Under the pieces are notes generated by a model that was not told the origin of the DNA, searched no databases, and saw only the letters and a program-made list of their open reading frames with translations. The position numbers and the translations under genes were made by a program. Below, piece after piece: positions 1 through 13,111 of a stretch of 64,000 bases of DNA (the first letter of the stretch is position 1; each line of letters begins with the position of its first letter). Origin of the DNA: an uncultured Chloroflexia bacterium (lineage in GTDB: Bacteria; Chloroflexota; Limnocylindria; Limnocylindrales; CSP1-4). Location: assembly GCA_963741445.1 (NCBI GenBank), contig CAVUIE010000001.1, positions 510,566-574,565 of the forward strand. Direction: 5' to 3'.

Positions 1-3832
<3,832 letters not shown>

Positions 3833-3894
3833 GACCGCGGGTCGCCAAGGAGGCGATTGACGACGGCGTCGGGTGGCGCGATGGTGTCGGGGCC

Positions 3895-4422
3895 GTGGCC
3901 CGCCGTCGACTTCTCCCGTCCCTCATCGTCGCCAGCGTCGTGGCGATGATCGGCCTGACCGCGTTCTCGATCTCGCTGACGCTCCGACCGGTCGTCTCGG
4001 CCGAACCGCTTCCGACCTGGCCGGTCCCGCCGGAGGTGCTGGCGCCGGTCGCCGACGCCATGCCCGCGGGGTTCGGGACGGCGACCTGGGGACTCGATCC
4101 CGCCTATCCGGCGCCGACGCCCGGTTCCACCGAGCTCCATCTCCTCGTCTGGGAGCGGGCGTGCTCGAGTGGGTCGCCCGCGACCGGACGGATGTCGGCG
4201 CCCGTCGTCATGGCCGACCGATCCAGGGTCATCATCTCGATCGGCGTCCGACAGCGACGGGCGGGCGCCGACACGCTCGAGACGTGCCCACTGCCGCCCG
4301 GGACCCCCGCGATCATGCGGCTCGCCGAGCCCCTCGGGTCACGGGTCCTGTTGGATGGCGGCGTCGACCCGCCGGCAGCGCCATCCCCCGTATTCGAGTG
4401 GTGGACCGACTCGCCCTCGTAA
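3895..4422 (+). CDS. Hypothetical secreted protein with an N-terminal signal/TM segment.
   Basis: The 175-aa ORF starts MARRRLLPSLIVASVVAMIGLTAF, which is signal-peptide-like. I do not recognise a family. It lies between the gltB stop and the response-regulator gene. Confidence 0.3.
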   Translation: MARRRLLPSLIVASVVAMIGLTAFSISLTLRPVVSAEPLPTWPVPPEVLAPVADAMPAGFGTATWGLDPAYPAPTPGSTELHLLVWERACSSGSPATGRMSAPVVMADRSRVIISIGVRQRRAGADTLETCPLPPGTPAIMRLAEPLGSRVLLDGGVDPPAAPSPVFEWWTDSPS

Positions 4423-4578
4423 CCGGACCGCAACCCCACCGTCGCCGTTCCGACGCCGACGAAGCGCCCCGTTCGGGCCTACGCTCGCTCGACGATGGGG
4501 TCCCGTCACCCGCGGGTGGCCGACGCCCTCGAGCCAGGGTCCCCCAGCCCGCACGCAGATCTCCCCGGAGGCGACCAG

Positions 4579-4800
4579 ATGATCCACCCCAGCGACCCAG
4601 GACTCCGGGACACGACCGCGGTGCGCGAGGGCCGCAGCGGACCCGTCACGTGCGCGTCGTGCGGCTGCCGCCTGACCCCCGAGGGCGACGCCTGGTTCCA
4701 CTTCAGCCCGCTCGGCGGCCGCGATGCCCGCGGCTGCCGCGTCGACTGCGCCGAAGCCGCGCACGACGCCAGCGGCCGCCGCCTCGCCGTCCCCGTCTGA
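4579..4800 (+). CDS. Small hypothetical cysteine-rich protein (CxxC...C...C).
   Basis: The ORF contains VTCASCGCRLTPEGDAWFHF...GCRVDC. The start codon is uncertain because the ORF track begins at 4495. Confidence 0.2.
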   Translation: MIHPSDPGLRDTTAVREGRSGPVTCASCGCRLTPEGDAWFHFSPLGGRDARGCRVDCAEAAHDASGRRLAVPV

Positions 4801-4843
4801 CGGTCGCGGGCCCGATCGCGCGGGCCCGCCGGTGGTCCCCCCG

Positions 4844-5551
4844 CTACTCGTCGACGACGAGCCGATAGCCCACGCCACGGACCGCCACCACGTGCGGCCC
4901 GCCGGCTGCCTCCACCTTCGAGCGCAGGCGCGCGAGGTGCGGCTTCAGCCAGAGCAGGTCCGGATCGGTCTCGGCCGGCCAGCCGGCACGCGCGAGCTGG
5001 AGGTGCGGGACGATGTCGCCGTTTGCCCGGACGAGCGCCTCGAGCAGGCGGAACTCGGTGGGCGTGAGGGTCAGCGCGGTCTCGCCGACCTTGGCCTCGT
5101 GGCGTCCCGGCTCGAGCACGAGCGAGCCCGCCTCGAGCGGCCCGCCCGCCGACCCGCCGACGCCCGGCCGGTCGACCCGGCGCATGATCGCCGCGATGCG
5201 GGCCAGCAGCTCGGCCTTGCCGAACGGCTTGGTCAGGTAGTCGTCCGCGCCGATGCCGAGCGCGCGGACCTTGGCGGCCTCGCCGCTCTCGCCCGAGACG
5301 ATCAGGATCGGCGCCTGGCCCACGGCGCGCATCTGGCCGGCGACGCTGAACCCGTCCGGGCCCGGCATCGCGAGGTCCAGCAGGACGAGGTCGGGATGCT
5401 CCTCGCGGAAGCGCTTGACGGCGGTGAGCCCGTCGTAGGCGGTGATGACCTGGTGGCCCTCGGTGCCGACGAGCGCGGTGACGGCGCCGACCATCGCCGG
5501 GTCGTCATCGACGACGAGGATGCGGAGCGGTCGGGTAGGCATCGTGATCAT
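4844..5551 (-). CDS. OmpR-family two-component response regulator (receiver plus winged-helix domain).
   Basis: RILVVDDDPAMVG...LLDLAMPGPDGF...LTKPF is a receiver domain. The C-terminal TPTEFRLLEAL...GYRL is an OmpR wHTH. The ORF is an intact 235 aa. Confidence 0.85.
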   Translation of the reverse strand: MITMPTRPLRILVVDDDPAMVGAVTALVGTEGHQVITAYDGLTAVKRFREEHPDLVLLDLAMPGPDGFSVAGQMRAVGQAPILIVSGESGEAAKVRALGIGADDYLTKPFGKAELLARIAAIMRRVDRPGVGGSAGGPLEAGSLVLEPGRHEAKVGETALTLTPTEFRLLEALVRANGDIVPHLQLARAGWPAETDPDLLWLKPHLARLRSKVEAAGGPHVVAVRGVGYRLVVDE

Positions 5552-5569
5552 GTTCCTCTCGATCGTGGT

Positions 5570-6891
5570 TCAGACCGCCACGGCGGCGGGCAGGGCGACG
5601 ACGAAGCGCGCGCCCTGGGTCCTCGATGGCTCGACCCACAGGCGGGCCCCCATCGATTCGCCGAGGCGCTTGGCGGCGTAGAGACCGATCCCGGATCCCC
5701 GGGCGGTGTGGGTGTCGCGGCGGGCGTACGGCTCGAAGATCCGCTCGCGCCACTCCTCGGGGATGCCCGGGCCCTCGTCGCTCACGCCGAGCTGGACGAT
5801 GCCCTTCGACGAGGTCCCAGTCGATCGTGATGGTCGTCTCGGGCGGGGCGTACTTGACGGCGTTCTCGATGAGGTGCTCGATGATCTGGCGGAGCCGCGG
5901 CGGATCGGCCAGGGCCTGCAGACGGGCCGTCGGACGGACCTCCACCCGGTGGTTGGCGAGCAGCGGCCGGAGCCCGGTCAGCACCTCGCCGACGGCGGCC
6001 TCGACATCGATGGGCTCGACGGCGGCCGGGCCCTTCCGGGACGACGCGCACCGAGGCGAGGATCGAGTCCACGAGGCGGTCGAGCCGCTCGATCTGCTCG
6101 AGCGTCGCGCGGTGCCACGACGCACGCGTATCGCGCCGGATGATGTCGCGCGACTGTCGCCCGACGAGTGGCGGCTCCTCGGCGAGCAGGTCCGCGTACG
6201 CGCGGACCACCGCGAGCGGGGTTCGCAGCTCGTGGGTGACGAGGGCGATCAGCTCGCTGCGCGCCTGGTCGATGGCCTTGAGCGACTCGACCCGCGCCTC
6301 CGCCTCGGCCTGCTGGCGGCCCTTCTCGACGATGCCGGCGAGGACGTCGGCGATCGCGCGGAGCTGATCGACGTCGGCCTGGCTGAAGTCGCGCGGCTCC
6401 TCGGTCTGGACGTTGAGGACCCCGACGATCTGGTCGTGCCAGGTCAGCGGGACCGAGAGCATCGAGGCGACGAACCGCCGCTGGTCGATGCCGCGCACCC
6501 ACAGGAAGCGCGTGTCGGCCTTGACGTCCGGGATGACCAGCGGCTCGCGCGAGGCGGCGACGCGTCCGGTGACGCCCTCGCCGAACGGCACGCGCGCCCG
6601 GCCGATCTGGAAACGGTCGAGCCCGGTCGTGGCCGCCAGCGTCAGGTACGCTCCATCGCGGTCCAGCAGGTAGAGGGAGGAGACGTGCGCGTGGAGCGCG
6701 TCGCGGGTCCCGTCGACGACGGTCTCGAGCAGCTCGTCCCACGTTCGCGCGGTCGTGGCCAGGCGCAGGACGTGGTGGAGGAAGCCGAGCCGGTCCACCT
6801 GGTCCGAGGCGCGCGCGACCGGGGTCGCGGCACCCGCCGGGGCGGCGGCGCGGTCACGGGGAGCGGTCGAACGGGCCGGCGTCATCGCCAT
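5570..6891 (-). CDS. Sensor histidine kinase with a GAF domain, a HisKA dimerisation domain and an HATPase_c domain. It has at least two apparent frameshifts.
   Basis: The GAF region reads FGEGVTGRVAASREPLVIPDV. The H-box reads ELIALVTHELRTPLAVV. The N and G boxes (IIEHLIENAVKYAP, GSGIGLYAAKRL) lie in the ORFs 5505..6125 and 5570..5785, in other frames. The gene is directly upstream of the regulator on the same strand. Confidence 0.75.
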
Positions 6892-6980
6892 CACCTTACA
6901 AGCGTAGGGAAGGTGATGGCCCCGAAAGGTTGCGACGCGGGAAAGGTTGCGAACCGTTGCGGTCCGCAAGGTTGGGCGGC

Positions 6981-9776
6981 ATGAGCGAGCGCGAGCGGCG
7001 CACGCCCTCGAGCGCGGTGCGCGCGGAACCGGCCGGGATCGGGACCGCAGGGGCGCACGACACGCTCTCCGCGGAGGTCCGCCTGCTGGGCTCGCTCCTC
7101 GGCCAGGTCGTGTCCGAGCAGGCCGGGCCGGACCTCTTCGAGCTCGTGGAGCGCGTGCGCCGTCGGGCGATCGCCCTGCGCCAGGACGACGACCCGGAGG
7201 AGCGGCGTCGCCTCGACGAGGACCTCGCCGACCTCGACCTCGGGTCCGCCGAGGCGGTCATCGAGTCGTTCGCGCTCTACTTCCAGCTCGTCAACCTCGC
7301 CGAGGCCCGCGGCCGCGTCCGCGCCCTCCGCCGTCGCGAGCGCGCGGCCCGTGACGGCGTCCTCGACGATTCCGTGGCCGAGGCCGTGGTCGCCCTGCGT
7401 CGCGGCGGCGCCGGCGACGATCGACTCGACGAGCTGCTCGGCGGGCTGTCGATCGCGCTCGTCCTGACCGCCCATCCGACGGAGGCCCGCCGGCGGACCG
7501 CGCTCGTCGCCCTGCGCCGGTGCGCCGCGCTGCTGGAACGCCTGGACGACCCGCGGCTCACCCCGGCGGAGGATCGCGAGGTCCGCCGCCGCCTCCGGGA
7601 GGAGATCACGCTCCTGTGGCGCACCTCCGACCTCCGCGCCGTGGCGCCCACCCCGCTCGACGAGGTGCGCACGGCGATGGCGATCTTCGATGCGACGCTG
7701 TTCACGGTCGTCCCCCGCCTCTACCGGTCGCTCGACGGCGCGCTCGACCCGCCGACCGCCTCGTCGCGGCGCGGCCTCGGCGCGGCCTCGGACTCCGGGC
7801 GGACCGGGACGCGACCGCCCCGGGTCGGGCCATACCTGCATTGGGGGAGCTGGATCGGCGGCGACCGCGACGGCAATCCCGAGGTCACCGCGGACGTGAC
7901 CGAGCGGACCCTGCGGATCCAGGCCGAGCACGTGCTCCACGGTTACGAGGCGGTCGCCACGCGGCTGATGCAGACGCTCGCGGCGGCGGTGTCGGGCGAT
8001 CGCGTTGCGCGCTCGCTGGCGCTGCGACTGGCCCGCGACGCGGAGGCGCTCCCCGAGACCGACCGGCTGCTCCGGCGGCGCTTCCCCGACGAGCCGTACC
8101 GGCAGCGGTTCGGGTTCATCGCCGAGCGGCTGCGCCGCACCCGTGCCGCGCTCACCGGCGAGGCCGCCCCCATCAGCGGCCGGTACGCGGACGCCGCGGA
8201 GCTCGACGCCGAGCTGGCCGAGGTGCAGGACGCGCTGGTCGCGGACCGCCTCGAGCGGGTCGCCTTCGGGGAGGTCGCCGACCTGCGCTGGCAGCTGGGC
8301 ACGTTCGGGTTCCACCTGGCGTCGCTCGAGGTCCGCCAGCACGCCGACGTGCACCGGGCCGCGCTCGAGGCGCTGCGCGACGGGGCGACGGGGCTCGTCG
8401 AGGTGGCCCCCAACGTGCCGCTCGACGAGGTCACCGCCACGTTCCGGGCGATCTCGGCGATCCAGGCGCGGTTCGGCGTCGAGGCCTGCCACCGGCTCGT
8501 GGTCAGCTTCACGGCGTCGGCGACCGACGTCCTCGACGTGCTCGAGCTGGCCCGGCTGTCCGTCGGCGACGAGCCGCCGGTCCTCGACGTCGTGCCGCTC
8601 TTCGAGTCGTCCGAGGCCCTCGTGGGCGCCGGGCCGATCCTTGCGGCCATGCTCGACGACCCCGTGTACCGCGCCCACCTCGCGTCGCGCGGCGACCGGC
8701 AAGAGGTGATGCTGGGCTATTCGGACTCGAACAAGGAGTCGGGCTTCCTCGCCGCCGCGTGGCAGCTCCACGGGGCGCAGTCGGGCCTGGTCGAGGTCGC
8801 CGCGGAGCGCGGCGTGGAGCTGACGCTCTTCCACGGCCGTGGCGGGGCGATCGGGCGCGGCGGCGGACCCACGAACCGCGCGATCCTCGGCCAGGCGCCG
8901 GGATCCGTGGCGGGTCGGCTCAAGCTCACCGAGCAGGGCGAGGTCATCGCCGCCAACTACTCCGACGCGGTGATCGCGCGCCGTCATCTCGAGCAGGTGA
9001 CCGCCGCGGTCCTCCTCGCCTCGGCACCCGACCACGACGCCGCGCTCCGCCGGGCGGTGTCGCTCGGCGCCCCGATCATGGACGAGCTGGCCGCGACGTC
9101 GCGGGCCGCGTACCGCTCGCTCGTCCACGACGACCCGGGCTTCGCGTCGTTCTTCCGCGACATCACGCCCATCGCGGAGCTGTCCGCGTTGCGGCTCGGG
9201 TCGCGACCCGCGGCCCGCGGCCGCTCCGACGAGGCCCCGTCGATCGACCGGCTCCGGGCGATCCCCTGGACGTTCGCCTGGTCGCAGGCCCGGATCAACC
9301 TCCCCGGCTGGTTCGGGCTGGGCACGGCCCTCGAGCGCTACCGCGAGGTGCACGGCGAGGCCGGGCTCGACGCCATCTCCCGGCTCGGGCGCGACTGGCC
9401 GTTCCTACGCAGCCTCCTCGACAACGCCGAGATGAGCCTGGCCAAGGCCGACATGGGCGTCGCACGCCTCTATGCGGCGCTGGCACACGGGGAGGGCGAC
9501 GGGCGCCGCTGGGCGGCCATCGAGACCGAGTTCCACCGCACGGTCGCCATGCTCCGACGGGTGACCGGGCGCGAGCGCCTGCTGGACGAGGCGCCGGTCC
9601 TCCAGCGCTCGATCGCGCTGCGCAACCCGTACGTCGATTCGCTCTCGGAGCTTCAGGTCCGCCTGCTGGCGCGGCTGCGCGCGCTGCCGGCCGACGACTC
9701 GGAGCGCGACCGGGTGCTCCGGCTGGTCCAGCTGACCGTCAACGGCGTGGCTGCCGGGCTCCAGAACACGGGCTGA
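6981..9776 (+). CDS. ppc: Phosphoenolpyruvate carboxylase.
   Basis: The roughly 930-aa intact ORF has LTAHPTE, the conserved Lys/Arg motifs (FHGRGGAIGRGGGP) and a C-terminal LQNTG. Confidence 0.9.
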   Translation: MSERERRTPSSAVRAEPAGIGTAGAHDTLSAEVRLLGSLLGQVVSEQAGPDLFELVERVRRRAIALRQDDDPEERRRLDEDLADLDLGSAEAVIESFALYFQLVNLAEARGRVRALRRRERAARDGVLDDSVAEAVVALRRGGAGDDRLDELLGGLSIALVLTAHPTEARRRTALVALRRCAALLERLDDPRLTPAEDREVRRRLREEITLLWRTSDLRAVAPTPLDEVRTAMAIFDATLFTVVPRLYRSLDGALDPPTASSRRGLGAASDSGRTGTRPPRVGPYLHWGSWIGGDRDGNPEVTADVTERTLRIQAEHVLHGYEAVATRLMQTLAAAVSGDRVARSLALRLARDAEALPETDRLLRRRFPDEPYRQRFGFIAERLRRTRAALTGEAAPISGRYADAAELDAELAEVQDALVADRLERVAFGEVADLRWQLGTFGFHLASLEVRQHADVHRAALEALRDGATGLVEVAPNVPLDEVTATFRAISAIQARFGVEACHRLVVSFTASATDVLDVLELARLSVGDEPPVLDVVPLFESSEALVGAGPILAAMLDDPVYRAHLASRGDRQEVMLGYSDSNKESGFLAAAWQLHGAQSGLVEVAAERGVELTLFHGRGGAIGRGGGPTNRAILGQAPGSVAGRLKLTEQGEVIAANYSDAVIARRHLEQVTAAVLLASAPDHDAALRRAVSLGAPIMDELAATSRAAYRSLVHDDPGFASFFRDITPIAELSALRLGSRPAARGRSDEAPSIDRLRAIPWTFAWSQARINLPGWFGLGTALERYREVHGEAGLDAISRLGRDWPFLRSLLDNAEMSLAKADMGVARLYAALAHGEGDGRRWAAIETEFHRTVAMLRRVTGRERLLDEAPVLQRSIALRNPYVDSLSELQVRLLARLRALPADDSERDRVLRLVQLTVNGVAAGLQNTG

Positions 9777-9778
9777 CC

Positions 9779-10333
9779 GTGGACCACCGCGACCACGTCG
9801 CGCTGCTCCGCGACGGGGTGACGCGACCGGACGCCGACGCCGGGCGCCCGGCGACCTGGGCCGACATCGGCGCGGGCGAAGGGGCGTTCACCCTGGCGCT
9901 GGCCGACCTGCTCGGGCCGGGCGCGACGATCGTCGCCGTCGACCGCGACCGGAGCGCCCTCCGGGAGAACGACCGGCGGATGGCCGAGCGCTTCCCCGGG
10001 ACGGCACTGCTGACGCAGGTCGCCGACCTGACCGGGCCGCTCGAGCTGCCGACGCTCGACGGGCTCGTGGCCGCGAACAGCCTCCATTTCGTCGCCCGCG
10101 ACCGGCAGGCGGAGGTCATCCGCGGGCTCGCTGCCAACCTCCGGCCTGGCGGCACGTTCCTCGTGGTCGAGTACGACGCCGACCGCGGCAACCCGTGGGT
10201 CCCGAACCCGTTCAGCGCCGGGTCGTGGCCGGGGCTCGCCGTGGCGGCCGGGCTGGTCGAGGCACGGACCGTCGGCCGGGTCCCGAGCCGGTTCCTCGGG
10301 GCGATCTACGCGGCGGTCGCGCGGCGCCCCTGA
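9779..10333 (+). CDS. Class I SAM-dependent methyltransferase, small.
   Basis: A GTG start lies immediately after the ppc stop. The motif DIGAGEGAFTLALA is a SAM-binding motif I. The protein is about 185 aa. Confidence 0.55.
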   Translation: MDHRDHVALLRDGVTRPDADAGRPATWADIGAGEGAFTLALADLLGPGATIVAVDRDRSALRENDRRMAERFPGTALLTQVADLTGPLELPTLDGLVAANSLHFVARDRQAEVIRGLAANLRPGGTFLVVEYDADRGNPWVPNPFSAGSWPGLAVAAGLVEARTVGRVPSRFLGAIYAAVARRP

Positions 10334-10704
10334 CGGGACGGATCCGCGCCGCGCGGGCGGGTCCACTCGTTGTCGATGCGGGGCGCGCCGGCCAGCCGTG
10401 CCGACTCGGGTAGCTGGCACAACGCTCGCCAGGTGAACGGTATGGCCGGTACTCGGGCCGCACGGCTTCGTTGGGCAGGGTTCCACCGGCCCCGTATGCA
10501 GTTCGTTGCACGGATTTGCATACGGCCAGCCCTTCCGCGTTGGGTTCGGCTCGCGGTTCGGCCATACGGGTCCCCCGGTGAGGATCCTGCCGGGTCGTTG
10601 ACGGTCAGCGATGGTCGCGTCGTCCTCACGACCCTCTCAGGCGGCATCGCCAAGGTCGGGTCCGATCGATCGATCCCTCGACCAACGCAGCCACGAACCT
10701 GGAG

Positions 10705-11178
10705 ATGCACATGGAATGGATCCCAGAGCCGCTGACCCCGGCTCCGCCACCCGCGCCGGCCGCGCCGGCTGAGCCACCGACCACGCCGGCGGCGCCGGCT
10801 GAGCCACCGACCACGCCGGCCGCGCCGGCGGCACTCGCCACGCGACCGGGCGGCATCCGCCGCGCGGTCCTGACGGCGGGTGTCTCGGCGCTGCTCCTCG
10901 TGGGCGGTGCCGCGGCGATCGTGAATGCCGCGAGCCCGAGCCCCTCGACGGCGCCGAGCACGACGACCGACCCATCGACCACGCCGGGCACGACCGACCC
11001 GTCAGCCCGGCCGCCGGCCGGCACGGGTCACTCGACCAGGGACTGCCCGAACATGGGCGGTTCCGGTGGCTCGTCCGGCGGCACGTCGGGCGGGTCGTCG
11101 GCCACCCCGGCACCGGCCACCCCGGCACCGGCCACGCCGGCCACGCCGGCCACCCCGGCGCCGACCCCGGCGACCTAG
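10705..11178 (+). CDS. Pro/Thr/Ala-rich low-complexity protein with one TM segment.
   Basis: The sequence has PAAPAEPPTTPAAPA repeats, a hydrophobic segment (AVLTAGVSALLLVGGAAAIV) and a (PAT)n tail. I recognise no family. Confidence 0.35.
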   Translation: MHMEWIPEPLTPAPPPAPAAPAEPPTTPAAPAEPPTTPAAPAALATRPGGIRRAVLTAGVSALLLVGGAAAIVNAASPSPSTAPSTTTDPSTTPGTTDPSARPPAGTGHSTRDCPNMGGSGGSSGGTSGGSSATPAPATPAPATPATPATPAPTPAT

Positions 11179-11238
11179 GTCCGCTCGATCCGGCGGTCTG
11201 CCCGTGGCGGGCCGCCGGATCCCATCTGGCCGCGAGAC

Positions 11239-12429
11239 CTATCGGATCGCTGCCGCCACGGCCTCCGCCAGCCGGTCGAAGTCGGCCGGCTCGTTGTAGC
11301 GCTGGGCGGAGAGCCGCAGCAGGACGAGCCGTGGCGGATCGGTCGGGGCGTGGCGCGCCGCCCGCACCGGCCAGCCGAGCACCGGCACTTCGAGCCGCTC
11401 CCCGACCAGCCGCTCATGCAGGGCGGCCGCCCCGGCATCGGTGGCCGCCATCGGGATCGGCACCGTCGCCATCGACCCGATCATCGAGTCCGGCGAGGGC
11501 GCCCCGATCCCCAGCGCCGTCACGAGGCGGTCCCGCCCGACGAGGGCCAGCGCCCGGTTCGCCGCCATGATCTCGGGCCAGCCGCCCGGCACCTGGGCCG
11601 CCATCCAGTCGATGGCCGCCGGGATCGTCAGGTACGGCGTCGGATCGGCGGTCCCCATCCAGTCGAACTCCAGCCGGAACCGCGACCGGTCGGCCAGCGG
11701 CTCGTTCGCCCCGTGCGAGATGACCAGCGGCCGGATCCGCTCCCGCCGATCGGCCCGCACCCACAGGATCCCGCTGCCCTTGGGCGCGCACAGCCACTTG
11801 TGGGCATTGCCGGTCCAGTAGGCGGGCGCCATCGCATCGAGGTCGAGCGGCACCATCCCGGGCGTGTGGGCGCCGTCCACGAACGTGTCGATCCCGCGGG
11901 CCTCGAAGGCCTCGATCAACGACTCGATCGGGAAGGCCAGCGCGGTCGGGCTGGTCACGTGGCTGACCACGAGCAGGCGCGTGCGGGGCGTGACCGCGGC
12001 CAGATGCGCCTCGACCACGGCGGCCGGGTCCGCGATCGGATAGGGGACGGGCACGACCACGACGCGCGCCCCGTCCCGCGCCGCGACGGCCTGCATCGCG
12101 TTGATCGTCGCGTTGTACTCGTGGTCGTTGGTGAGCAGCTCGTCGCCCGGCTGGAAGCGCAGGCTCTGGAGGACGGTGTTGATCGCCGTGCTCGCGTTCG
12201 GCACGAACGCGATGCCCTCGGGATCGGCGTGGAGGAAGGCCCCGACCGCGACCCTCGCCTCGTCGAGCCTGGCCGCGAGGCCGCGCGTCAGGAAGGCGAT
12301 CGGCTCGTGCTCGAGCTGGTCGCGGAAGCCGCGCTGGACGGCCAGCACGTCGCTTGGGCACGCGCCGTAGGAGCCGTGGTTGAAGAACACGACCGAGGGG
12401 TCGAGCTGCCAGCCGAGATCCGTCCGCAT
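11239..12429 (-). CDS. Class V aminotransferase. It is PLP-dependent and of the cysteine desulfurase or isopenicillin-N epimerase-like family.
   Basis: The N-terminus reads VVFFNHGSYGACP. The PLP-lysine context reads GNAHKWLCAPKGSGILWV. The protein is about 396 aa. Its start overlaps the upstream stop (TGATG). Confidence 0.8.
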   Translation of the reverse strand: MRTDLGWQLDPSVVFFNHGSYGACPSDVLAVQRGFRDQLEHEPIAFLTRGLAARLDEARVAVGAFLHADPEGIAFVPNASTAINTVLQSLRFQPGDELLTNDHEYNATINAMQAVAARDGARVVVVPVPYPIADPAAVVEAHLAAVTPRTRLLVVSHVTSPTALAFPIESLIEAFEARGIDTFVDGAHTPGMVPLDLDAMAPAYWTGNAHKWLCAPKGSGILWVRADRRERIRPLVISHGANEPLADRSRFRLEFDWMGTADPTPYLTIPAAIDWMAAQVPGGWPEIMAANRALALVGRDRLVTALGIGAPSPDSMIGSMATVPIPMAATDAGAAALHERLVGERLEVPVLGWPVRAARHAPTDPPRLVLLRLSAQRYNEPADFDRLAEAVAAAIR

Positions 12430-12776
12430 CAGCCGGGGGCGCCAGGCTCGTCGGGCGGCGTGACGTTCTTGATCGGCGGCCGCCCACCCGGTGGCGGGGG
12501 CTTGGGGGCGCCGCGCCGCGACCGCCGCGACGCACGATCCGGTCGAGCGCCGTCGGGCGACGCGACGAACGGCGCGAGGTAGGCGACCAGCAGGATCGGG
12601 ATCAGGATCCGCAACAGGCCGGGGCGGATGGCGACCACGAGGGCCAGGAGCCACAGGCTGGTCGCGTAGGCGCCGATCGTCCGCGCGCCGAAGCCGGCCA
12701 GCTGCAGCCGGCGCGCCGGGACGAGGACGAGGAGGACGAGGACGAGCCCGAGCGCGAGGAACTCGGGCGGGACCAC
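12429..12776 (-). CDS. Small two-TM membrane protein with a Pro-rich tail.
   Basis: The 115-aa ORF has two hydrophobic helices and is translationally coupled to the aminotransferase. Confidence 0.35.
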   Translation of the reverse strand: MVPPEFLALGLVLVLLVLVPARRLQLAGFGARTIGAYATSLWLLALVVAIRPGLLRILIPILLVAYLAPFVASPDGARPDRASRRSRRGAPKPPPPGGRPPIKNVTPPDEPGAPG

Positions 12777-12777
12777 C

Positions 12778-12974
12778 TCAGCGGCTCATCGAGCGATAGC
12801 GGCGGACCGCGAGCGGCCCGAAGACCGCGATGATCACGACGACCCAGGCGATGGTCACCAGGACCGGCTCCGTCGTGGCCAGACGGTCAGGTCGACGCCG
12901 TCGAGGGCGTGGGCCTCGCTCTTCCGGGAGCGGTAGACCTTGACCAGGCCTTCCGCGGTGGTCGCTTGGGTCAT
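12778..12974 (-). pseudogene. Remnant of an ABC exporter locus. An ATPase N-terminus is fused, through a frameshift, to what looks like a permease C-terminal helix.
   Basis: MTQATTAEGLVKVYRSRKSEAHALDGVDLTV is a DrrA-like ABC ATPase start. The ORF then shifts frame into ...PVLVTIAWVVVIIAVFGPLAVRRYRSMSR and stops. The Walker A motif and the rest of the transporter are absent. Confidence 0.35.
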
Positions 12975-13111
12975 CCGATGGCCTCTCATGCGTGGGCTGG
13001 GGCGGCGACGTGGGGTGGTCGAGTATACGGGGCGTCCTGCGCCGCGCGCCGGAGCGCGCTGGACCCAGCCATCCGGGTAGGCTCGCCGCACCCGCACGCT
13101 GCCTGGACCCG

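Noticed and set aside
7520-10333. A 937-aa plus-strand ORF overlapping ppc.
   Set aside because: Only its last 185 aa (the methyltransferase) are real. The upstream part is an Arg/Pro/Gly-rich alternative frame of ppc, typical of a 72% GC sequence.
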